From Octopus bimaculoides (Eukaryota), in assembly GCF_001194135.2 (NCBI RefSeq), contig NC_068981.1, forward strand, positions 190,179,151-190,243,150: a stretch of DNA of 64,000 nt, read 5' to 3'. The translations under genes were made by a program, and so were the position numbers. Within the stretch, counting starts at the first letter, position 1; each line of letters starts with the position of its first letter. The notes beneath the pieces were generated by a model. The model saw nothing but the letters and a program-made list of their open reading frames with translations, had not been told where the DNA came from and searched no databases. Shown here piece by piece: positions 37,934 to 47,920 of this stretch.

Positions 37934-38344
37934 TGAGAGGGGTAACTTCCCTTGGCTAAACAAACAGGACGCTGTAGTGTGTCGATAAGCCAGCTGGAGG
38001 AGATGTCCTCCTGGGGCTAAAGCAACAGTAACATCCACCCCTAGGGGTCATCCACACTTAAGTGGCAATACACTTCACTTTATCGTGCAGTTACTGTTAA
38101 TACTTCATTTAGAGAATTGACATTGCTTGTTTTCACTTTTTCGATATCAGTGAAGAATTTCACTGGAAAAATATACATAAGGTTGCCAAGAATTTATACC
38201 TCTCATCAAAGGTCGGTAGCTATCGGATGCTGACGAAGGGAAATAACCCTGAAACCCGGGTCCGTTCGTGCTACGATCAAGATGAGAGGGGTAACTTCCC
38301 TTGGCTAAACAAACAGGACGCTGTAGTGTGTCGATAAGCCAGCT
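37934..38344 (+). repeat. tandem 349-bp HHR-containing unit (retrozyme-like unit A), second copy lost in an N gap
   Basis: 37934-37995 is repeated identically at 38283-38344; HHR at 38224-38268. Confidence 0.9.
38224..38268 (+). ncRNA. minimal type-I hammerhead ribozyme, fully canonical
   Basis: CGGATG-CTGACGA-AGGG aaataa CCCT-GAAAC-CCGG-GTC-CGTTCG; predicted cleavage after C38262; palindromic ACCCGGGT stem III; 6-bp stem I. Confidence 0.92.
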
Positions 38345-38524
38345 NNNNNNNNNNNNNNNNNNNNNNNNNNNNNNNNNNNNNNNNNNNNNNNNNNNNNNNN
38401 NNNNNNNNNNNNNNNNNNNNNNNNNNNNNNNNNNNNNNNNNNNNNNNNNNNNNNNNNNNNNNNNNNNNNNNNNNNNNNNNNNNNNNNNNNNNNNNNNNNN
38501 NNNNNNNNNNNNNNNNNNNNNNNN

Positions 38525-38570
<46 letters not shown>

Positions 38571-38707
38571 TAATGAAGGTAAAAACTGATATCAATCAAT
38601 TAACATCATGGGGATTGATATCTATCAATTAAAGTATGGGGAGGACAGTTGACAAGAGCCAGCCAGATAGAAAATCTACCCATGGCTATTGTGTCTATTT
38701 TGGCAGT

Positions 38708-38857
38708 GATTTTACAGCTGGATGCCCTCCACAGATTTTACAGCTGGATGCCCTCCACAGATTTTATGGATAGATGCCCTCCACAGATTTTAAAGCTGGA
38801 TGCCCTTCACAGATTTTATGGCTGGATGCCCTGCACAGATTTTACAGCTGGATGCCC
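38708..38857. repeat. 26-bp minisatellite, about 6 copies
   Basis: gattttacagctggatgccctccaca units, matching a motif of the RTE tail. Confidence 0.85.
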
Positions 38858-39348
38858 ACCAACCACTTCACAGTGCTTTTTATGTGGCACTAGCACAGCT
38901 AAATTTGGTTTATACTTATATTGTAAAGTTTCAGGTCCAGTCAACCAAATCCGTTGGTACGGCTTTGGCCAGCATGAGGCTTTAATGCACTTGCCCAAGG
39001 TGCCATGCAGTGGGACTGAACTGAAAACCATGTAGTTGGGAAGCAAGCTTGTTATCCTCACACCTACCCTCAAGCATCCTCCTTTCCCTAATTTAGAAAT
39101 AATTTACTATAATAATACTCTTGTGCTTTTCTCTGTCACAACATATGAATGAAGAAGGGAGGTGTGGTAGATGAATAAGGAAGGAAGGAAGGAGTGATGG
39201 CAAGGTGGTAGTGGGATGATAGAAGTTCTACAATGAAAAAAAATCAAACAGCATTTCAGCTGTGTGTGAGTATGTGCATGTGTATGTAAAAGGGAGGTAT
39301 GTGAATGTTTGTGTGTGTGTGTGTGTGTATGTGTGTGTGTGTGTGTGT

Positions 39349-39383
<35 letters not shown>

Positions 39384-40323
39384 ATTGTGCAATGGAAGTG
39401 GGATGGTGAGCATTCAAGGCTGAAAGGAAAGATCAAACAGCGTTTCAACTCTATGTGCTTATATATGTGTATATGTGTGCGTGTGCAAAGGAAGTATGTA
39501 AATGTTTGTATGTGCAATTATTATGTCCCTTATTTTGCACCTTATATATAAAACACAACTATTAGCCATCATTTCTGACGGCACAGGGCCAGCTAGTTAC
39601 TATTATAAAAACAACAAAGCAACATAAAATACTGCTGCATTCATTTTTAACGACTACCTTCTTTCTCTTCTTTTATTCTTTCACTCATTTCAGTTATTGG
39701 ACAGTGGCCATGCTGGGGCATTGGCCTCAAGAGTTTCAGCTGTTCATATTGATCGCAGTACTTACTTCACATTGGTAATTATTAAATCAATCAATATTTA
39801 TCAAGTGGTTAAGTAACCTTTTTGGCACAAAACCAATTTTTTCTTTTAATTGGCAGTGTTGTGTCAAACACATATAGGAATGTATATATATAAATGTTTG
39901 TTTTTATGCTTTGTTCTACCAAAAACAATTTAACATTAATCTGATGAGGTACTCTATACTTTTGTTGACTATAAATTTATCATTTTTACATGAGAATAGA
40001 AATGATAGTGACTTCAAAGTTTCAGTCAGCTGAGCCATCATTGAACTGCTGATGATGGCTTAGCTAGTCAAAACTATTAAATCATCGTCAACAGTATATA
40101 GTATTCAGGTTAAGAATATTAAGAATGTATGTGTGTGTGTGTGTGTGTGTGTACTATATAAAAAAAATACATCTAGTACACTCTATAAAGTGGTTGGCAT
40201 TATGAAGGGCATAGAAAATGATCATGACTAAAGAAGAAGAAGAAGAAGAAGAAGAAGAAGAAGAAGAAGAAGAACATTGAAAAATACCTTAGGAATGAGA
40301 ACCCAGGTTCAAAATTTCCCCAA

Positions 40324-40369
40324 GACACCTGATGAAGGCTGGAGGGTATATCAGCCGAAACGTTGTATT
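40324..40369 (+). ncRNA. minimal hammerhead-like motif in SINE tail
   Basis: GACAC-CTGATGA-A-GGCTG gagggtatat CAGCC-GAAACGTT-GTATT; extra A before stem II, palindromic AACGTT. Confidence 0.65.
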
Positions 40370-40702
40370 AACAACTAACAAGATGAGGACAAATATCCGT
40401 CAAATGTAAATAATGTAAAAAATAAAAGTTTAAAAAGATATTTATTGCAAATGTACAAATGGGAAATTTGTTTTGCATAATTTTATTTAAAGCAATAAAT
40501 ATTTTCCTTTTGAAAATTTATATCCATTTCATCATTTTCTATGGACACAGCAGGAAATTTGATAAGAGCTAAATTATAATTATTGTATGCCATATTCTCT
40601 GATATTTCCCTTGGTGGGAACATATACTTCCAGAGTTACCTGTTATATGACAAGTAATATTCCACTAGGATTGGCACATGCATGTATGTACATGTGTATG
40701 TA

Positions 40703-40961
40703 CAGTTAGTTCAAAATGTCTCTCCGCAGTGAATATTTTTCATCTTGATTCTCCAAGAGTCAGACTCTCCAAGATGTATTTCAAAACATGTGTAGAAGAG
40801 TCGACTTATGTACTGAAAATGAAGAATAACATTTTCAACACCTCTAATAAAGTTTTTTAAAGTCTTGTAAAGACTAACATATTCTTTTGTAGTCTTATAC
40901 CATCTTATAAATATTCTGCAATAAAAAATATTTACTGCGGAGGGACTTTTTGAACACCCTG
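40703..40961. mobile_element. Tc1/mariner-type MITE, TA-flanked, ~40-bp imperfect TIRs
   Basis: ta|cagttagttcaaaatgtctctccgcagtgaatattttt versus aaaaatatttactgcggagggactttttgaacaccctg|ta. Confidence 0.85.
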
Positions 40962-41481
40962 TATATAATGAACCCAAGCAAGCATGGAAGCTGGATGTTA
41001 AATTAATGATGATGACAATGATGATGAGGATGATAGCATACAATGCCGTGCTAAATACAAACTGCAGAAATGAACCTAAAATATATTCTGGGGCAACAGA
41101 ACCAATACTCAGAAACCTTTTTTTTTATAAGCTTAGAAATTCACTTGTCAACCTTGATAGAGAATATATTATTATTTTGTCAGAATTTATATAGTTCCTG
41201 CATTAGACAAATCTTCAAGAATTCAAAATTACTTGGTCGACAGTAAATTTGGCACAACCATACAGGAACGGCAACTTCAAATCAAAAATGCAATGTAACC
41301 TTTGTTTGCATGAAAAATTAAAAATTTTGACTCAAGGCTGTAAAAGTTTGGACAAAAGAATGGAATTCTTAGCACCATGTATGTATGGGGCTAAGCTTCT
41401 TTTATGTAAATATCAGCCTCTTTGAATTTCATTCTGGTTCAGGGAAAAAAACGTTGGCTTCAAAATGTTTAATCAATATAT

Positions 41482-41541
<60 letters not shown>

Positions 41542-41784
41542 CATATACATACATACATATATAGATATATATACATACACACATATACATACATACACAC
41601 ACATATATATATATATATATATATCAATATAGAGTAGTGGTACAACAAGGCACCAATATTTACTGGAAATAGCAGTTGATACAATTATGATGCTATACTA
41701 AGGCTTCACTGCATATATACTGGCATGTGAGTGCAACAAACATGTATGTATATACATGTATATATATATATATATATGCATATT

Positions 41785-41870
<86 letters not shown>

Positions 41871-42213
41871 GGCATAAATAATTGCTTGTGTGTATGTGTG
41901 CATGAGTGTGCATATATATGTATCTATGTATGTGTACAAGCACACGAAATGTACATCTGCATGCACCATTATTGATTTAAAAAATATTAATTAAATGTAT
42001 TACTTTAAAATAATAATTTAAAACATTATTTTCAAGCAACAATGCAATTCCATGGAGAAAGTTATTAGAGTGACTTCACTCGTATGAAGTTTAAGACATT
42101 TAGAATATTTTCATGAGAACCAGAAATGAAATTATAAATGTGAGTATGAAACTGCCACTTTTACATGTGTCACCCAAAAGGGTGTTTTTAACCAAAAAAG
42201 CACAAAGATATTC

Positions 42214-42675
42214 GCCTTATTGGCACTTGTGTGGGTGGCACAGGAAAAAAACATTCAAGCAAGGTCATTGCCAGTGCCACTGGACTGGCTCTTGTGCAGA
42301 TGGCACATCGTAATTAAACCAAATTCGATGACTGGCACCCATGCCAGTGGAATGCTAACAGCACCGTCCGAGCATGATCATTGCCAGAGCAGCAGTCTGG
42401 CTTCCCTGCTGGTGGCACATAATTAGTACCATTTGAATGTAATCGTTACCAGCGTTGCCTTACTGGCACTTGTGCCGGTAGCACGGGATAAAACATTCGA
42501 GCAAGGTCATTGCCAGTGCTGCTGGACTGGCTCCTGTGCAGGTGACACATCGTAATTGAACCAAATTCGATGACTGGCACCCGTACCAGTGGAGTGCTAA
42601 CAGCACCGTCCGAGCGTGATCATTGCCAGAGCAGTTGTCTGGCTTCCGTGCCGGTGGCACATAAATAGCACCAAA
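42214..42675 (+). repeat. 243-bp tandem duplication of RTE 3' UTR-like sequence
   Basis: gcctta.tggcacttgtg at 42214 and 42457, colinear thereafter. Confidence 0.85.
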
Positions 42676-42747
42676 GAATAGGTCAAGAAGCAAAACTTCT
42701 TAATCACACAGCTACACATTTGTCTATATTTCCATCCAGTTAAGACA

Positions 42748-43185
42748 GTGAGCTGGCAGAAACGTTAGCACATTGGGCAAAATGCTTAGCGGTATTTCAT
42801 CTGTCGTTATGTTCTGAGTTCAAATTCCGTCGAGGTCGACTTTGCCTTTCATCGTTTTAGGGTTGATAAATTAAATACCAGATGCATACTGGGGTCGATC
42901 TAATCGACTAGCCCCTTCACCAAAATTTTCGGGCCTTGTGCCTAGAGTAGAAAAGAATACTTTGGTGACTCCAAGGTGGTGAGCTGGCAGAAATGTTAGC
43001 ACACCAGGCAAAATGCTTAGCGGTATTTCGTCTGCCGTTATATTTTGAGTTCAAATTCCGCCGAGGTCTACTTTGCCTTTCATCCTTTCAGGGTCGATAA
43101 ATTAAATATCAGATGCGTACTGGGGTCGATCTAATCAACTGGCCCCCTCTCCAAAAATTTTGGGCCTTGTGCCTAGAGTAGAAAA
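42748..43185 (+). mobile_element. two tandem MetaSINE-like tRNA SINEs
   Basis: Two consecutive copies ending cctagagtagaaaag. Confidence 0.85.
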
Positions 43186-43589
43186 GTATATCTCCACCCA
43201 GTAAACTCCATTTGCAAGGCATTACTCAACCAAGACCTATAGCAGGAGACATTTGTGCAAAGTGCCACACTATAGGATTGAACACAGAACCATGTGGTTA
43301 GGAAGCATATGACATTTACCCCACAACCACACCCGTGTCTATTGATTCTAATATACATCTTAACCATTGTAGAACCATAATAATCTGAAGACAGTCTTTT
43401 CTCCTTTTCCTTCATTGTTTTATTCTTTTTATTCCTTCTTCTTTCCTCTTTGGACTCATTCTCATAGCATCCTGTATTTGTCCTCTTCAATAATAAACTC
43501 ACAAACCATCAGGAAAAAAAAATTGCAGAGCAAAGAATCAACAGACACAGCTATAAAGATCTGAGACAACAGACAATGACACAAACACA

Positions 43590-43633
<44 letters not shown>

Positions 43634-43778
43634 CTCTCTCTCTCTCTCTCTCTTTCTTTCCCTTTCTCTCTCTCTTTCTCTCTCTCCCTTTCTCTCTCTC
43701 TCTCTCACTCTTTCTCTCTCTCTCTTTCTTTCTCTCTCTCTTTCTTTCTCTTTCTCTCTCTCTTTCTCTCTCTCCCTT

Positions 43779-43813
<35 letters not shown>

Positions 43814-43830
43814 TTCTCTCTCCCTCTCTT
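43590..43830. repeat. (CT)n-based microsatellite
   Basis: Direct inspection; (AG)n runs also at ~10063-10210 and 13741-13810. Confidence 0.97.
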
Positions 43831-44195
43831 TTGTTTCAATGACAAATGAATCCCCCCTCCTATGATACTTACAGACAATATACATTTCACAGATAAACCA
43901 AGAAAAAAAAACAATAACAAAAACATAAACAGAAAAGATAAACAGACAAAAAAAAACACATCATTGAAGGAAACGTTATGAAGAAATTCTGCCATCCAAC
44001 CAAGGAACTCTTTCTCTTCGCAGAATGGTTCCTTCAGATTAAAGAGAGAGATATTGGTTTTGTTGTAATATTTATGAACTTCACTATTCACTTTCAATGG
44101 TGGCAACGTAAACGAAGGGAAGCGGAGAGCAATAACAATAATTAGCAATAGAAATCAATTTTTATGACTTGAGACCAGTTCATTTATGGATGTGT

Positions 44196-44226
<31 letters not shown>

Positions 44227-44334
44227 TGTGTATGCATATGTGTGTGTGAGTGTAAGTATGTTTGTGTGCATCTGCATGTGTGTGTGTGTGTATGTATAAA
44301 TATATCTATATATATATATATGTATGTATATATA

Positions 44335-44745
44335 GACGCAGGAGTGGCTGTGTGGTAAGTAGCTTGCTTACCAACCACATGGTCCCGGGTTCAGTGCCAC
44401 TGCGTGGCACCTCGGGCAAGTGTCTTCTACTATACCCTCAGGCCGACCAAAGCCTTGTGAGCGGATTCGGTAGACGGAAACTGAAAGAAGCCCGTCGTAT
44501 ATATGTATATATATATGTATGTGTGTGTGTATATGTTTGTGTGTCTGTGTTTGTGTGTCTGTGTCCCACTTGACAACCGATGCTGGTGTGTTTACATCCC
44601 CGTAACTTAGTGGTTCAGCAAAAGAGACCGATAGAATAAGTATTAGGCTTACAAAGAATATGTCCTGAGGGTCAATTTACTTGACTAAAGGCGGTGCTCC
44701 AGCATGGCTACAGTCAAATGACTGAAACAAATAAAAGAGTAAAAG
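44335..44745 (+). mobile_element. tRNA/CORE-type SINE with internal (TA)/(TG) microsatellite, full length
   Basis: Head ggagtggctgtgtggtaag...gggttcagtgcc, CORE-like cctcgggcaagtgtcttctac, internal microsatellite, 3' half cttgacaaccgatgctgg...gactgaaacaa. Confidence 0.85.
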
Positions 44746-45080
44746 AATATATATATATATATATATTACCATAATAAACACATTTTTACCGAACATGAGG
44801 AAATGCAACTCTCAAAGCTGGCCTGAGGTTTTTTCACGCTAGCTGCTTGATAAATTCTTGTAAAAGATTTTATCCTATTGTTGAATTAATTAAATATATA
44901 ACCGGAATATATTCAGGGCTGAATTTTATTCTGGATAAAAAAACACATGTACCGAGATGCACTTAAAAAAGACCCTGCCTTTTACATGGATATATAGAGA
45001 TAAACAATCTTCTATGTACTATGCCGGATACATGAGTTGTTCGTTTGGTATGTTGAATTTTATGTTTATTTTTATGTATT

Positions 45081-45155
45081 CTGACCATACTATACTGATG
45101 AGCAGAGGTTACATATTGTTGTAATAACTGCGAAATCTTTCGATATATAGTTCAG
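45081..45155 (+). ncRNA. type-I hammerhead ribozyme with bulged stem I and long stem-loop II
   Basis: CTGA ccat ACTATA-CTGATGA-GCAG...CTGC-GAAA-TC tttc GA-TA-TATAGT TCAG; core intact, 3-bp stem III, AUA cleavage triplet (after A45145). Confidence 0.85.
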
Positions 45156-45261
45156 TCTGTTTTTAAGGGGCCAGCTTTAAGAGTTGCATTTCCTCGTGTG
45201 TTATGCCCCATGTAAAGTGTTATACCCATATCAAGCAACAGTATCCACCCTGTTATATGGA

Positions 45262-45692
45262 CAGTCGTGGCACTCTGTTGGTTATGATGACAAGGGTTCA
45301 AGTTGATCCAATCAATGGAACAGCCTGCTTGTGAAATTAATGCACAAGTGGATGAGCATTCCACAGACACGTGTACCCTTAATGTAGTTCTTGAGGAGAA
45401 CCCATGCCAGCATGGAAAACGGACGTTAAATGATGATGATGATTCAGCGTGACACAGGGTGTGACAAGGCTGGCCCCTTTGAATTACAGGTACAACAGAA
45501 ACAGGAAGAAAGAGTGAGAGAAAGTTGAGGTGAAAGAGTACAGCAGGGTTCGCTACCACCTTCTGATAAAGCCTCGTGGAGCTTTAGGTGTTTTCACTCA
45601 ATAAACACTCACAACGCCTGGTCTGGGAATCGAAACCGTGATCCTACAACTGCAAGTCCGCTGCCCTAACCACTGGGCCATTGCACCTCCAC
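45262..45692 (-). mobile_element. CephSINE-like SINE interrupted by a ~40-nt RTE-tail insertion at ~45400-45441
   Basis: Colinear with 12432-12811 except for inserted acccatgccagcatggaaaacggacgttaaa(tga)n. Confidence 0.8.
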
Positions 45693-47680
45693 ACATGGAT
45701 GATATACCACAAACCTGTACACCATCAAACATGCAATCTTGACAAAACATCTGAGACAGATCAGGGACATTATGTGAAAAGACACGACCAGGTGCATCAT
45801 TCATGGAAAAGAGAAAAAAAACACAAGTTACCTGGTTAATTTTTCTAATTACATAAGGTGTGTTCATAATAAATATAATTGTTCAGAGCCAGATTTTGGG
45901 GTGGAATTGTTTTTAAATGCAGTTATTATTTATCCTATTTTTTCCTGTTTAATGTCATTAATTTAATTAGCTTTCACTTGAAGCTCTTATAAACAAATCA
46001 TTGGGACACCTTCAATATTAATATTTATTACTTTATTTTAAAAATTCTTTTCGCATTTGTCACTATTTTATGTGTCAATTCTAATGTGTCTTTAATATTA
46101 ATCACCACCACCACCACTACCACCACTACCACCAGTGCCACCACCACCACCACCTCCACCTCCTCTCCTCCTCCTACTCCACCACCACCACCACCACCAC
46201 CACCAACACCAGTGCCATCACCATCACTACATACTACTACTACTACTACTACGATCATTATTATTTCACCTGTCTTTTAGTTTTATTGCATTCTTTCAAA
46301 GTGNNNNNNNNNNNNNNNNNNNNNNNNNNNNNNNNNNNNNNNNNNNNNNNNNNNNNNNNNNNNNNNNNNNNNNNNNNNNNNNNNNNNNNNNNNNNNNNNN
46401 NNNNNNNNNNNNNNNNNNNNNNNNNNNNNNNNNNNNNNNNNNNNNNNNNNNNNNNNNNNNNNNNNNNNNNNNNNNNNNNNNNNNNNNNNNNNNNNNNNNN
46501 NNNNNNNNNNNNNNNNNNNNNNNNNNNNNNNNNNNNNNNNNNNNNNNNNNNNNNNNNNNNNNNNNNNNNNNNNNNNNNNNNNNNNNNNNNNNNNNNNNNN
46601 NNNNNNNNNNNNNNNNNNNNNNNNNNNNNNNNNNNNNNNNNNNNNNNNNNNNNNNNNNNNNNNNNNNNNNNNNNNNNNNNNNNNNNNNNNNNNNNNNNNN
46701 NNNNNNNNNNNNNNNNNNNNNNNNNNNNNNNNNNNNNNNNNNNNNNNNNNNNNNNNNNNNNNNNNNNNNNNNNNNNNNNNNNNNNNNNNNNNNNNNNNNN
46801 NNNNNNNNNNNNNNNNNNNNNNNNNNNNNNNNNNNNNNNNNNNNNNNNNNNNNNNNNNNNNNNNNNNNNNNNNNNNNNNNNNNNNNNNNNNNNNNNNNNN
46901 NNNNNNNNNNNNNNNNNNNNNNNNNNNNNNNNNNNNNNNNNNNNNNNNNNNNNNNNNNNNNNNNNNNNNNNNNNNNNNNNNNNNNNNNNNNNNNNNNNNN
47001 NNNNNNNNNNNNNNNNNNNNNNNNNNNNNNNNNNNNNNNNNNNNNNNNNNNNNNNNNNNNNNNNNNNNNNNNNNNNNNNNNNNNNNNNNNNNNNNNNNNN
47101 NNNNNNNNNNNNNNNNNNNNNNNNNNNNNNNNNNNNNNNNNNNNNNNCATACATACATACGTACATACATACATACACACATACATACATATGAGTTCCT
47201 TAAAATATTTTCATGCTTTAGTGTTGTACATTTACTAAACTTTTCCTATATTTTTAACATCAGGGTACATTAGTAACTATTGATGATTAAAATTGTAGTA
47301 AAAGAATTTTAAACACGATAGAACAAGACGGCTGGGAGATATAAAATCTTAGATCAAAAGACAGACACAAACAAATAAATACGTTCATATTCCCATAAAA
47401 AAAACCTTTTTTCTGTTTTTTAGTTTTTTGTTTGACTTTATGTTATCTTTTCTGAAAATTGAATTGCAGAGAATCAAAAGTATTGACTGGTATTTGCAGG
47501 AGAGACTAGAGACGAGATGTGGTTATGTTTTAGTGAAAAGCATTTAATGCAAATAGGAGATGTCTGGCAGATAAAAAGACAAAAGAGAACGTGAAGAGAG
47601 TTCCAGGAGAAAGCTATCAATTTTAGGGGTAAATGAAGAAATCAGTGGTAAAAGAAGAGATTGTTAGGGATGGAGAGAGA

Positions 47681-47920
47681 TTATTTACATTATTGACATT
47701 GGACGGTTATTTGTCCTCATCTTGCTTGTTGTTACCACAACGTTTCTGCTACTTTGCTCTCCAGCCTTCATCAGGTGTCCTAGGGGAATTTCAAACCTGG
47801 CTTCTCATTCCTAAGGTATTTTTCTGATGCTATTATTATTATTATTATTATTCAGGTCACTGCCTGGAATTGAACTTGGGGTTAGTAGACCACACTCTTA
47901 ACCACTATGCCATATGCCAG
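47681..47920 (-). mobile_element. tRNA-headed SINE with (AAT)n linker and HHR-bearing tail
   Basis: Minus strand tggcatagtggttaag (A box)...agttcaattcc (B box)...(aat)n...aaaaataccttagg...gacacctgatgaaggctgg...gaaacgttgtgg. Confidence 0.75.

Noticed and set aside
45700-45867. Minus-strand ORF with a vague RT-like segment
   Set aside because: No YADD/FADD motif; similarity is impressionistic.
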